Of a stretch of DNA of 64,000 nucleotides, positions 11,001-24,050 are shown one piece after another (position 1 is the stretch's first letter; each line of letters starts with the position of its first letter). The stretch lies in NCBI RefSeq assembly GCF_036971445.1, contig NC_091476.1:174282001-174346000 (forward strand), written 5' to 3'. The position numbers were made by a program, and so were the translations under genes. The stretch comes from Narcine bancroftii. Taxonomy: Eukaryota. The notes below the pieces were generated by a model. It was not told where the DNA came from. It saw only the letters and a list, made by a program, of their open reading frames with translations, and searched no databases.

Positions 11001-12290
11001 AGATTGATGGCAGTTCCCACTCTTCCCTTGAGATAACAGCAGTTTCGGCCCTTTTAGAAAGCCCTCTACAGATCTTTCCGAAGCGACCCTTCTTTCCGCA
11101 TTTAACACACACAGCCTCTCAAGCAGTGCATCGGGATGTCGGATACTCAGCTTGTCCGCAGAAGTAGCATTTCAGTTGATTTTGTGGAGCCGCAGCCACA
11201 ACAGGGCCAATGGCCGAGTCTTGAGTCAGGCCATTTGGGCAGTTCAGTAGAGTATCGAGTGGAGTGGGAGGGCACGGCCATGATTCAGCAACTGGTTCAG
11301 AGGAGTAGATATTTCCCCCCACCCCCTTCTAAATGCAAGGTCAAGAGACTTGGTGATTCTTATAGCTTGATTTAAATCCAGCTTGCCTGACTCCAGCAGC
11401 CACTGTCTCATATAATTGATTTCACTCCAGAGACCAATGAGTCCAGGACCAGTATGTCAACAATTTCTTCATCAGACTCCACTCTCCTTAAGTATGCCCT
11501 CCCCAGGTCACGAAGAGTCAGGATGAAGTCATTGACTCCCCCGGGTGCTGCTTGCATGTAGCCAGCAAGTGTCTGGCATGCACTTCATTCTGCTGGCCCA
11601 CATTTTTTTCTCTCAGAGGAGTGATAACAGCTGAATAAATCTCTTATCAGTATTAAGGCTTTGGTGCCTATCTGGGACAGAAGTCTTAGTAGCTTCTGCT
11701 CGTCATCCACTATCCCAGCCACATTAAAAATGCTTCCAGGTACCGCAGCCAATGCTCAGAATGTTGCGGCCTCTGGGGCTTGTGGGTCGAGCTCAAGTCA
11801 GTCTGATTTCAAAATTTGCTCCATTCTTACCAGAGGTTGAGGTCTGAGCCCAGGCATCTGTCCCAGCGGTGTGGGAGGCTGCACTGGCTATGGGGCTTGA
11901 ACGTGCAATGGTATTGCAGTCTCCAGAGGAGGAAGCGGAAGCAGTTGTTGAACCTTCGGTCAGTGAGCCTGTGCTCCTCCGACTGCTCCATTGTCTTCAT
12001 CCCTGACTCTGGGCACTGGGCATTGGGCACTGCTTTTGAAGTTTTCTCAAATTAACCTTACTAATAAAATTGAACCTCAGTCAATAACTCCCAGGACAGG
12101 AGTTATGCAAATATTAGCAAGAAAATGGCAGTTTTAGCCATCTACAAGGCTTGTCCCAATCTGAGCTGAGAGCAGTGGACAGGAACACTTCTATGCAAGC
12201 AATGTCAGCCTACAGCGCCAGTCCTCCATACCAGCTAGCGGTGAGCAACTACATTCTACATACAAGCAGGCAATACCAAGGATCACCACA
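8076..12290 (-). mobile_element. Decayed Ty3/Gypsy LTR retrotransposon with both LTRs and 5-bp TSD
   Basis: LTRs at 8076-8312 and 12071-12290 (TG...CA on minus); TSD GTGGG at 8071-8075 and 12291-12295; polypurine tract at 8313-8329. Gag zinc-knuckle remnants (CYFCGQ, CVKCGKKGRF), protease (SGSTESFI), RT (LDTYPLPRI, LKSAYHQL) and RNase H (ESDASDFALAATLNQ). Confidence 0.9.
9077..9477 (-). mobile_element. Second 5'-truncated RTE 3' end, nested in the Gypsy RNase H region
   Basis: Near-identical to 69-479, with a GAA-rich 3' tail. No TSD seen. Confidence 0.88.
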
Positions 12291-12619
12291 GTGGGGAATT
12301 ACTGTAACAGAAGAGTTGAGTACTGACAGATTAACCAAGATTGTGTTTGGGACAAGCACTCCTGTCACTGTTGTTTGACTGTTTTTGCACCGAGGTCCAG
12401 AGAATGCTATTTTGTCAGGTTGTACCTCATAACTGCGCACTCAGATGACAATAAACGACTTGAAATGGAACTCTAAAATAAGACATTGTTCCTATCCTAT
12501 TGTTGGAAGTACAACTTTAGAACCAAGAGGGGCACAAATTTACCACAACACAAATAACTGCGATGTTGCCTGGAGTAATTAAGAGGGATTTAGGTCCCTT
12601 AAACTAAAACTGTAAAGAA

Positions 12620-14280
12620 TGAAACATGATAGGCTGCAGATGCTGTGATTACTGTAAACACATTGAAATGATGGAGGAACTCAGCTGGTCTCTTCAGAAT
12701 CTATAGGAGACAAAGATATATTGCCAATGTTTTGGGCCTGAGCCCTTCTTCAAGAAAAATTCAGAAAAGGCAGAAGAGGATATATCAGAAAATCTCAGAA
12801 TTCAAACAATGGGTGAGGAATCCAGACCAACAGGTGTTAATTGGATATGATCAAAGAGGAGGTAGAATTCATCATGACTGTGTGAAAGGAGAGACCACCG
12901 AGGGGAGAGGAGGAGGGGGGGATGAGGGAGGGGGAAGGAAGGAAGAAGTTAATGAAAGCTAGAATCAATATTAAGATTTATTGTCATGAACAACTCTTGA
13001 AATTCGGTGTTTTGCAGCAGCGTCATCGTAGTCGAAAAATGTATTCTAAACCATCTTATGATCTTATGATCTTCCGGGAGAAATAGTGGCGGCGGAGTCA
13101 ATTGTATTATTTAAGAAAAGGTTGGACAGGTCTATGGATGAGAAGAAGATGGAGGGTTATGGGCATTGTGCAGGGAGGTGGGACTAGAGAGGGGTGTTTG
13201 GTTCGGTGCGGACTAGAAGGGCCTAATGGCCTGTTTCCGTGCTGTAAATTGTTATGTTATGTTATGACATTACTTTAAAAATAATAATACTGCATGAAAG
13301 GGAAGGCAGAGTCTGTGGTTCATTGATTCAGGAATCTGATGGCAGCGGGGAAGAAGCTGTCCTTGTGCAGCTGAGTGCTCGTCTTTAGGCTCCTGTACCT
13401 GTTCCCTGATGGTAGCAGAGTGAAGAGGGTATGGCCTGGGTGGTGGGGGTCTTTGAGGAGAGAGGCTGCTTTTTTTAAGTTACCGCCTCTGAGAAATCGA
13501 TATTAATGCCCTCCGTTTGGAGGGTGCCCAGTCAAATGATGTTGTTCCTCCAATTTCCGGGTGGTCTCAGTCTGGCAGAATATGAGACTATGGACAGACA
13601 TGCCCACAAGGGACTGGGCGGCCTTTGGGAGAGCCACATTATTGCAGTGGACAGAATGGAAGTGCTCAACAAAACAGCTTCCCAGGCTGCATCATTTCTC
13701 CGATGTAGAGGAGTCCACAGAGAGAGCATGAGATGCAGTAGATGACCCCTGCAGATTCACAAGTGAAATGATGCTTCACTTGGAAGGACTGTTTGGGACC
13801 CTGAATGGTGCTGTGGGAGGAAGTGAGGGCGCAAGTGGAGCATCTCCTGCGGTCACAGGGGTAGGTTCCAAGGGGACGATTGGTGGGGAGGAGGAGTGGA
13901 TTAGGGAATTACGGAAGGGAGGAGGAGAGGTAAATATGTGTCTAATGATGGGATCATATAGTAGGTTTTGGGAATGGGAGAGGATCTTGTGTTGGAGGTG
14001 AGAATGAGGAATCCTATCCTTATTGCATATGAGGGCAGAGGAGCCAGGCCAGATGTATGGCTAATGAAGGATATACAGGTGAGTGCTGAATTGGTGGTGG
14101 TAGAGGGAAAGCCACATTGTTTGAAGAAGGTGGACATTTCTAATGATCTGGCATGGAAGTCCTCATCCTGGGTGCAGATGCGATGGAGATGGAGGAATTG
14201 ATGGAATGGAATCCTTACAGGGGACAGGGTGGAAGAGGTGTTATTGTGAGAGTTGATGGGTTTATGGAAAATGTTTATCC
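12620..14280 (-). mobile_element. Penelope-like element, inverted left arm (interrupted at about 12965-13490 by Rex1/CR1 fragments)
   Basis: Minus-strand KPINSH...HRICTQDEDFHARS homologous to 15550-15700; terminal segment is inverted relative to 16470-16710. Confidence 0.75.
13071..13266 (+). mobile_element. Short CR1-type 3' end with (GTTAT)n tail
   Basis: FKKRLDR-type CR1 terminus, microsatellite tail and flanking TTATGA repeats. Confidence 0.6.
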
Positions 14281-16710
14281 ACTCTCCACCCCATAACCCC
14301 TGCCTGGTCTTCACCATCCCCTCATTCTTTCCCCTTTCAGAGACTGAATACGCGGTCCTCAGTGGAGGTATCACCTCCCTCCCCCCACCCCACCTACGCC
14401 CATACCTTAATTAGTTATTTGCAGCCCACGATGTTGAACTCTTCTTTCGTCAGCTCCATCTCCTTGCTTACTTCTACAACCACAACTTTCCACCCCCACT
14501 ACAAAACCCTTCTCTCGTTTTAAAATGTCTTCCTCCTCCGGGACACTTCATTTCAGTCTTCTATCTGTTCTGGACCTTTATATTTCCAACTGCTTCCATG
14601 ACATCAACTGTATTGACTTCTCTACTCCCCTCACTCATTCCAATCTCACCTCCTACTGCAGTCAAGGATGACACTGTTGTGGTCTGCACACTGACCTTTG
14701 TGGCTGAAGCCAGATGACAATTCTCAGACACCTCTTACTCATTCCTCCAACAGAACCCCACCAAAACTCATGAACTTATCATTCACCATCTCTGAACTCA
14801 TCACTCCAGTCACCTCCTTGACATGGCCTCCAACCATATTATTTTCCAACCCTGTATCACCCATCTCTACCTCCTACCCAAGATCCACGAACCCAATTGT
14901 CCCGACAGACCCATCGTGTCCATGTGCTCCTGCCTCACCAGATTGGTTTTCACTTACCTTGACTCTGTTTTGTCCTCCCAGTCCAGTCCCTCTCCACCTA
15001 TATCTAGGATACTTCATGCACCCTCCATCACTTCAACAATTTCCAGATCCCTGAGCTCGATTGTCTTAGACTTACCATAGATAAACAATCCCTATACATC
15101 TCCATCCCCCATACTGGAGCCTCAAAGCCCTTTGTTTCTTTCTGGACAATAGAACCAACCAGTCCCCCTCCACCACCATCACCCTCCTCTGGCTGGCAGA
15201 ACTTGTCCTCTCCCTCAATTTATCTTTTGACTCATTGCACTTTCTCCAGTTTAAGGGGTAGCCATGGGTACCTGTGTGGGTCCCATCTATGCCTGCCTTT
15301 TTGTTGGCTACATGGAGCAATCCATGCTACAAGCCAACACAGGCAAGGCCCCTCAACTCTTCCTCCAAGTCATCGATGACTACTTTGATGCTGCCGCATG
15401 TACCTTCGATGAACTCATTGGCTTCATCCAACCTTGCCTTCAATTTCCACCCCAATCTCAAATTCACTTGGTTCATCTTGAGCAACATTCTCCCTTCACT
15501 TGATCTCTGTCTCCATCTCGAGAAAAACTCTCAACAGACATCTTCTATGAACCCACAAACTTCCACAGCTATATTACCTACAGCTCTTCCCACCCTGTCC
15601 CCTGTAAGGATTCCATTCCATTTTCTCAATTTCTCTGTCGCATCTACACCCAGATGAGGACTTTCATGCCAGATCCTCAGAGATGTCCTCCATCTTCAAA
15701 TAAAAGGGACTTTCCCTCCACCACATCAACTTGGCATTCACCTGCATATCCTCCATTACACACACATTTGCTTGGCCCCCTCCATCATCACATGCAATGA
15801 GGACAGGATTCCTCGTCCTCACCTACCACGCCAGCCTCCGCATCCGGCACATCCTCCTCTAGCCTTTTTTGCCACCTATTACATGATCCCACCACTAGAT
15901 ATTTACTCCCCTCTCCTCCATCTGCCTGGACCTCTCCCTCTGTGACTCCCTTGTCCACCTTTCCCTTCCCACCAATCGTCCTTTTGGGACCTACCCCTGT
16001 GATCACAGGAGATGTTTCACTTGCACCCATACTTCCTCCCTCAGCACCATTCAGGCCCAAAACAGTCCGTCCAAGTGAAGCAACGTTTCACTTGTGAATT
16101 TTCAGGGATCATCTACTGCAACCGGTGATCCTCTTGTGGTCTCCTCTACATCAGAGAGACTGGATGCAGACTGGGAGATGGCTTTGTCAAGTACCTCTGT
16201 TCTGTCTGACACAATAGCGTGGATCTGCCAGTGGCCACCCATTTCAATTCTCCATCCCATTCCCTTGCCAAATGTCTGTCCATGGTCTCATGTACTGCCA
16301 GGCTGAGGTCACCCATAAATTGGAGGAACAAGACCTCATCTTCCAACTGGGCACCCTCCAACTGGATGGCATTAATATCGACTTCTCTGGCTTTCATTTA
16401 AACCACCCCCCAACCCTCTTCTCTCTGTCATCACTCCATTCCCTGTCATATTTCACACAGACATGATAAATTCTACCTCATCCCTGATCACATCCAATTT
16501 ACACCATTTGTTGGTCTGATTCCTCCCCGTTTGAATTCTGAGACTTTCTGATGTTTCTTGCTTCTGCCTTTTCTGATTTTCCCCCCCCCCCCCCCCCCCC
16601 ACCTTGACAAAGGGCTCAGGCCTGAAATGTTGGCAATATATCTTTGTCTCTTATAGATGCTGAAAAGACTGGCTGAGTTAGTTCCTCCAGCATTTTGGTG
16701 TGTTCACTGA
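14281..16710 (+). mobile_element. Decayed Penelope-like element (RT plus GIY-YIG endonuclease)
   Basis: YLLPKIH...RPIVS, MGTCVGPIYACLFVGYME, VIDD, FHPNLKFTW, PVATHFNS and EEQDLIFQLGTLQLDGINIDF motifs across frameshifts. Confidence 0.85.
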
Positions 16711-17343
16711 AACAGTAAATGGAAAGATGAGGAGGCAGTCTCACCAGAGATTAAGGTGAGAAACAATGGTTCTAAACACTTTTTACTATCACCAGCTCTC
16801 TTCACCTCTAATTATCTCTCCCCAACTACTTTTTAAATTATTATTTTGTCCACTGTTAAAGAATGCAGTTTGCAATGATGAAATACTAAGGGCTGAAGCT
16901 CTTTGTACCTAGCAAAAATGCTAAAGATGCCTGAAATATTTTGACACCTGCAGTTTGTGCTCCTCTTTATTCCACTCGTGCCTTCCTTCAGGGGGATAAC
17001 CGTTTGTAGAATGGATTTTACCACTATTCTGAAATAAAGAATTACAACTTAAGAATTTGTGTAAGAAGGGAAGTAGTTTTGCTTTAGCAAAGCAAGGGTA
17101 TTGGTGGTAATGAGAGCCAAGAAATTGAGAGATAGCTGTCCCTTCAAAATAATGTAAAGGGAATGGAGGAGGTGATGTGTCTGGTGGTGCATTTCATAGA
17201 AGGTGGTAGAAATTGTGCAGGTTGATCTATTGAACATGGAGATTGTTATTGAGGACATATCCATACTCTGTCTGGGAGAGGGAGTGACAACAGAACTGCA
17301 AGAAATAGAACAGATGTGGTTGAGATCCCTGTAAAGTCTGATA

Positions 17344-17757
17344 GAGGGGAAGCCATGGTTAAGAAAAACAGCTTGAAAATAGCACTGTGAAGTATGTTGT
17401 CATTTGAACAAATCCAACATAGCCTAAAAAATTGTAGGAATAGCTCAACCTCAGCAAATGTATCACTGTTGTCACTAACTTCATCAGCAAGTATGGGAAG
17501 GACTGTGTGCCAAAAAGAATGATCTGTGCGTTCTCTAACTGGAGTCATTGGAGGGGAAGCCATGGTTAAGAAAAACAGCTTGAAAATAGCACTGTGAAGT
17601 ATGTTGTCATTTGAACAAATCCAACATAGCCTAAAAAATTGTAGGAATAGCTCAACCTCAGCAAATGTATCACTGTTGTCACTAACTTCATCAGCAAGTA
17701 TGGGAAGGACTGTGTGCCAAAAAGAATGATCTGTGCGTTCTCTAACTGGAGTCATTG
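17344..17757. repeat. Perfect 207-bp tandem duplication
   Basis: 17344-17550 is repeated at 17551-17757 with no differences seen. Confidence 0.92.
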
Positions 17758-17774
17758 GCTGAAGTGCAAGGTCC

Positions 17775-19360
17775 ACTCACTACTGAAGGTGAGGTCTGAG
17801 GCTTTCAACACAGGTGATCCAGCCCTTTACAAGAAATCCAGGTATGACCTCTGCAAGTAGACGTACCAGTCCAAACTTGAATCTGAGATAATCCTATAAA
17901 CACCAAACAACGGTGGCAGGGCATGCATGTTATCACTGTCTATAAAGCCAAGTTGGATACAATAACATGCAACAGCGTATCCCACCCTGATGAATTAATA
18001 CATCCTATACTTGCTTTGAACAAGAGGCCAGCAAGCTCGTGGCACATTGGGTATACCTGCACCCACTGTTGCTGCCACAGGCATCGAATAGGTCTTTCTG
18101 AGAGAATTGGGGGTAGGTCCTTGGACATTTTTTTGAGCCTGTGCAGACTAGGTGGCAGGAGTAGTCACATATATCTTGGTCTCCCTACTACAGGCAGAAG
18201 TACCCACTTACTTTAAAAATGCCATGGTCATTATGGTACCAAAGAAAAACATTAACGGGGTTAAATAACTACAGGCCATTGGCTGCAGTATCCATATTTA
18301 TGAAGTGTTTCAAGATGCTGTCCATGGATCCTTGCTCCCGTCGACCCACTTTAATTTCCACAGGCTGACCTAGATGCTATTTCCCTGGCTTAAGTACAGC
18401 CCTAAAGCATATGTATAACAAGAATGCATGTAAAACTGCTGTTCATTGATTATAGTGCCATTTTTAACACCATTGTGTAAAATAAATACCAGACCTTGGC
18501 CTTTTATTTTTTTCTTCACCTCATCACCAAAATTGCAACTGGATCCCTAATTTCCTGTCCTGCACACTGCAATCAGTAAGAATTGAAGTCAGCACCTCCT
18601 CTACAGCTACTCAATTCTAGTGCCATGGAAGTGTGGAAAGCTGCACACACAGGTTCCTATTATATTACTCCTTTTGTGTATCTGTGATTGTGTGGCCAAA
18701 CACCACTCTAACACCGATCTCTAAATATACAGGTAGGCTGGATCTCAAACAATGGTGAGTTAGAATGCAGAAGGGAATTTGAAGGACCAGGGCTTCAAAC
18801 CAGGACAACAACCTCTTTTTCCTCCAATATCATCAAAACTAAGGAGCTGATGTTGACTTCGGGAAGAGGGTGGACCTTGTTCCCATGTCTTCATTAACAG
18901 CAATGCCTTGGAGATAGAAGGCAACTTCCAAGTTTTTGGGGGTGAACATCTCCTATGCTGGTCTAACCATGTAGAAGCAATAGCCAAGAAAGCACACCAG
19001 CATCTCTACTTCCTCAAAGTCGGAGGAAATTTGGCATGTCACCTATCCCTTAACCACATCTACAGATGAATTATTGGAAGTATACTGTGGGATCCATCAT
19101 TGTGTGGTATAGGAATTTCTCTCCCCAATATCTGCAAGAAACTGCAGAGTTGTGAGCACAGCTCAGACCATCAAACAAACTCTCTTCCTCTCTGTTAACT
19201 CCTTCTAGACTTCCGGCTGCCTTGGAAAAGCAGCCAAACTATTAAAATTCATCCCGCCAGGAGCACCTCTCTTCCTCCTCCCATTGGGAATGTCGCTCGT
19301 GTGAGATTGTGTGCCACCAGATTCAAGGATTAAATCTTTCCTGCTGTTAACAAAACTCCT
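17775..19360 (+). mobile_element. Highly decayed Rex1/Babar-like LINE
   Basis: Remnants of LFIDYSAIFNTI, CNWI and FLGVNI, similar to the better copy at 53925-55410. Confidence 0.6.
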
Positions 19361-19624
19361 GAAACAAACTTGTACTATTGACTCAGTTTAACTGATCTCT
19401 CTCTGTAGCTCTGCACTCTAGTGTTTTTTAACTGCTTTGCTGTGTGTGGGTTGACTAGCTGGACTGCCTGTAAAACAATCTTTGCATTGGTACACGTGAC
19501 AAAAAATTTGAACTCGAGTCCTGCAGGAAGCAAGCAGTTTGGAAGAAGATGTAGCCACATTTGTTGAGTATAATTTTCAGGAAACCGGCATCATGAATTA
19601 CTATCAGACATAGGGTGTAAACTT

Positions 19625-20830
19625 GGTCCTCTTACTTTTATCCTGTGAATCAACCTGCAAAAAGTGGCCAGTCCCGATGGAGTCACTGGCTACGTCCTGA
19701 AAACCTGTGCAAATCGGCTGCTAGGAACATTCACAAACATTTTAATTTTATTCCTGCAGTAAACTGAAGTTACCACCTGCTTTAAGAAATATCCTATTAT
19801 TCCAGCGTCAGTGAAAAACAAGATGATGTGTTTCAATGACGACCATCACCGAGTGACTCTGAAGTTGCTTCGAATCATGACTAGTATTAACTCCAGCCTC
19901 CCAGACAGCCTCAAATCACAAGAATAGACTTAGCATTGCAACAGGACCCCATGGCAAATGCCAACTCCTTGGCCCTGCACTCTGCCTTGTGACACCTGGA
20001 TGTCAGGCTCCTATTTATTGACCACAGTTCTGATTTCAACACCATAGCCCCAAACAAAATCGTTCCCAGACTCTGAGACCTGGATATCAACAACACTTCC
20101 ACATCTGCAACCCTCTAGCAGGGAAAATTGGTGACAATACCTTCACAATAACCTTTAACCATTATATATCCTTGGACCTTTACTATCCTCCCAATATACT
20201 CATGACGGTCTGGCCAAACAATGCTCTAATGCCATCTGCAAGTTGACAGATGACACACCATCATAGGGTAGATTGAAAATGATGATGAGATGGAGTTCAG
20301 GAAAGAAATAGTACAACCTCTCCCTCAATGTCAACAAATGAAGGAGCTGGTAAATGACTTCAGGAAAGGGCTGGAGAGAGGTAGGAGACTTGCATCCCCG
20401 TAAATAGCAACGGTTCTGAGGTTGAGATGGCAGGGAGCTTCACATTCATGAGTGTGAGTATTAAATAATGACTTGTCCAGGTCCAAACACGTCGACACTA
20501 CGGCCAAGAAAATGCACCAATGGCTGTTTGTCTCAGAAGCCTGATGAAATTTGGGATGTCTCTTACCAATTTATTTTTATAGATGTATAAGAGCTTAGTG
20601 TAGAAACTGTTCCATCTTAGACTACAACGAATTGAGAGTTGTGAACACAACTTGGGCTATCACACAAATCAACTTCCCTTCCATTGACTCAGTGCTTCCT
20701 GTTGTTTTGGTAAAGTTGGCACCCACTCACCCCAGATAAACTCTTTTCTCCCATTTTCATTGACAGATGATGCTTGGGCTTGAAACCACAAATGTCCAGG
20801 ACCATTCGTTCTTACTGTTATCAGACTCTT
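19625..20830 (+). mobile_element. Highly decayed Rex1/Babar-like LINE
   Basis: GPDGV...LKTCANRL, LFIDHSSDFNTIAP and K-LTDDT remnants. Confidence 0.6.
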
Positions 20831-21099
20831 AAATGGACCTCTGGTAAAAGACAGAAATTTTACAAGAGACCATCTGGCCCATTTTATCTGTGCTAGCTGA
20901 AAAAGATGCTGCAGATAACCCCATTTGCTGTCACTGGACCTGCAACCCTGCAGTTCATGGTACATCCAAGAACTGCTAATGTGGTGAAAGGTTTTGCTTG
21001 ATCACCCATGGAGGCATCATATTTCAGAACCCTATCCTCATCTGATGCCACCTTTTCCATCTTTTTACACTCTCATGAGTTCTCCCTCTATCTATGCAG

Positions 21100-22700
21100 T
21101 GTGGATTATAGAGGGTCATGTGACCTCTCCGGCTAGAACCTAGTCCGGTTGCCCCCTGCCAATCTAGGTCAAGCCCTGCCCACATGTCAATGCACACCTG
21201 ACCATTGGCTCCTTTAATTACCTAATCAATACCTGGGCCTGTCTCTCCAATCCATGGCTCTATAAAGCCATAACATGTAGACCATCTGCCTCTTTCCAGG
21301 TTGTGAACCTTGAGCAATGATGGAGAGTCATTGGTGAGGTGTGCACAGATGAACGGCTGGGAGCTGTGGAATTGTGTGTCCAAAAATCACTGTCCCTAGT
21401 TGAGTTAAGAGCCGTTCCCAATCTGTATCAAGGGGTGGCATATATTGTAATTTTCACTTGATTATAAATTTTATCTTTCCTCGGGTGGATGCAAGTGTGT
21501 CATACAATCCGGAAAGTGTGCGTGTCTTTTATTTTTGTTGCTTTCCCTACGCATGTAAATAAACATTATTCCCAGCCAGTGTTCAGACTCGCTGTTCTTG
21601 GAACCCGTCGAACTTGTTTTCTCACACACAATTTACACTGTCCTAAGAATTTTAACTGAATACAGAGTGGGGAAGCCAGTGCAGACAGCGAGTATCTGAT
21701 CCTCGGGTGAATGACAAACCAGAAGACTGGTCCAAGTACCTCGACCCACGTGGTGTTCCCCCCTTAAGAAGTCTGGATTCCCAAAAACTAAGGGGAGTCA
21801 TTTTGACTGTTCCTGTCTCTCCTGAGACACCAGAGTGAGATCATGCAAAAGAAAGATTGGGAAAATGTCCAGAAAGTTAAGGAGATGAAGGCAGTCCAGC
21901 AGCACAGCTGTATGTTGCAGGAGGCAACACTGGCAGCCCAAGCCTGAGCTACAGACCTCGAGGTGAAAGGGACTAATGAGGCACGCAAGCTGCTCGGAAT
22001 ACAGCAGATACGCGCAGCTCGCCAGTCCACCTGGCAGCTGGACCTGGTTAAGTTTCAAGCCTTTGTTTGTGAGGGGATGGGGACGTGTGGGCTGTGAAGA
22101 GGATGAAACCTGCTCCACACTTCCTTCCTCCCCGACCCATGCGCCCCAATCCCTGCTGGGTAGACCGGTGACATGGTTGCAGAACCACCATGACTGGGAA
22201 CAGGGAAGCTCCTTGCCTATATTAAGGTGTGCAACGATTGGCGAGTGTCATGACTTCCGAGGGGCGGAACATATTGTGGAGGGTTATATGACCGCCTGTA
22301 ACCTGGTTAGAATGGGGATTGGTAAGGGTCATGTGATCTCTTTGGCTGGAATCCAGTTGGAAGTCACCTCACCTGCCAATCGAGGTCAACACCCATCCAC
22401 AAGTCAGCACACACCTGATCATTGACCCCTTTAATTGCCTAATCAATACCTGGGCCAGACTCTCCAGCCCACGGCTCTTTAAAGCCCGTGACGTGAGCCA
22501 TCGACCTCTCTCTTCTGGGATGAATCCTAGCTCCACCATTGGTGGTGAACTTTGGGCGATGCTGGTGAGTCATTGTTGAGGTGTGCACAGACAAAGGCCT
22601 GGGAGCTATAGTGTTGTGTGTCTGGAAATCACTGTCCCTAGTTAAAAGCCAAGGGTTGATGGGCAATGTAATTTTCACTTGATTGTAAATGTATCTTTCT
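21100..22700 (+). mobile_element. Internally deleted LTR element (related LTRs at ~21100-21630 and 22275-22700)
   Basis: Both blocks start TGTGGA and share ACACCTGA.CATTG, CTAATCAATACCTGGGCC, GAGGTGTGCACAGA and AAATCACTGTCCCTAGTT. A purine-rich tract precedes the second; only ~640 bp lies between them. Confidence 0.6.
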
Positions 22701-22910
22701 GCAGAGGTCATATCTTTCTCCATCCGCCGCACTTTCTGAACTATACTCTTACATCTGGGTCCCTATCCCAGCTTCCTTCTCTCTTTATATATGTAATTTC
22801 ACCACCTTCTAATGTTTGTCTTGATAAAGGGTTCAGACCCAACACATTGACCATTTCTATCTATGCTTGTTTTGAAATAAATTGTAGATGCCCATCTTTT
22901 GCTTTTCCAG

Positions 22911-23065
22911 TAATGAATGACATTGTCAGCACAATGTTCAATAAGAAATTCATGGAGGAATTGCTGAAACCTCAGGAGCTCTATTCGAAGAAAGCCCTCA
23001 GAACAGTGTTTGATCGACTTGCTCACGCCTCCATCATGAAATTGAATCAGGCTAGTATGGACAAG
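22911..23065 (+). CDS. OSCP1: OSCP1 coding exon 2
   Basis: Acceptor cttttccag; (V)MNDIVSTMFNKKFMEELLKPQELYSKKALRTVFDRLAHASIMKLNQASMDK; donor AAG|GTAAT; 155 nt, frame joins exon 1. Confidence 0.96.
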
Positions 23066-23167
23066 GTAATTAAATCTTTCTAACTTGGTTCTTTTATCAA
23101 TAAGCAAGTACTTTAGCTACAAAAGAAACAGATTCTTGCATTAATCAAATATAGAAAATACAGAATC

Positions 23168-23370
23168 AATACAAAACTGTTCTGGAGAAACTCACCAGGT
23201 CACGCTGCATGCATAGAAAGTAAGGTTAACCAAGGTTTTGGGCCTCAGCCCTCGATCAGGAAAGGATGAAGGGCGCAGGCTCATAACATTAGTTAACCCT
23301 TTACTTCCCATGGATGCTGCGGATTACTGAGTTCCTCCACATTTCTGTACTGCACTTGACCCCAGCATCT
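23168..23370. mobile_element. Short fold-back derivative of the Penelope-like terminus
   Basis: CTGGAGAAACTCACCAGG...GTTAACC and its inverse GTTAACCC...CTGAGTTCCTCCAC form ~90-bp arms. Confidence 0.65.
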
Positions 23371-23882
23371 ATCGATGTTCTTGTTTAACTATAGAATATA
23401 GAAATGGTTTAGGATTACATCTGTTGTTCTGAGCCAAACCCTTAGAAAATGACACTCTACTCAACCATGCCTTTGGATGCTGTGATCTTAAAAAGCAACA
23501 TTTTGAAAAATTCTTATTTAACCAGTTAATGATCATACCCACTGGGCCCAATTCATATTTCTGCTTCATAGAGGTGGGAGTAACCTTCTGCAACAAAATC
23601 CAACTAGTTTTATAATGATTTAGCAGAAATAAAAGCGCAAAAGACTATTTGCAATCTCATGAATACCAATCAGTTGGTTGGCAATTTGAGCAGGTAACTT
23701 GCTTTCCACATCAACTTCGATGTGGGATTAGAATCAAAATCCTAAGGCTACAGCAATGTAATGTCTTGGCGAAACAACTAGGGCGTTGAAAGGGCAGAAA
23801 CAACTAAGATTGATTGGGGAAAGAATTTATCTTAAGCTTGTGTACATTGGGTATTTTTATCTTTTTTCCATATGCCCACCAG

Positions 23883-24050
23883 CTCTATGACTTGATGACA
23901 ATGGCTTTTAAGTACCAAGTACTTCTTTGTCCGCGGCCAAAAGACCTTCTGTTGGTCACATTCAATCATATGGATGCAGTCAAAGAATTTGTGCGTGATT
24001 CTCCAAGTATTTTAAACCAAGTAGATGAGACATTCCGACAACTGATTGAG
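23883..24050 (+). CDS. OSCP1: OSCP1 coding exon 3
   Basis: Acceptor ccaccag; LYDLMTMAFKYQVLLCPRPKDLLLVTFNHMDAVKEFVRDSPSILNQVDETFRQLIE; donor GAG|GTGGGT; 168 nt. Confidence 0.96.

Noticed and set aside
4571-22910. Short alternative exon between OSCP1 exons 1 and 2 (recalled from a longer human isoform)
   Set aside because: No matching AG-GT-flanked microexon found by eye, and exons 1 and 2 already join in frame. Spliced RNA alignment is needed to exclude it.
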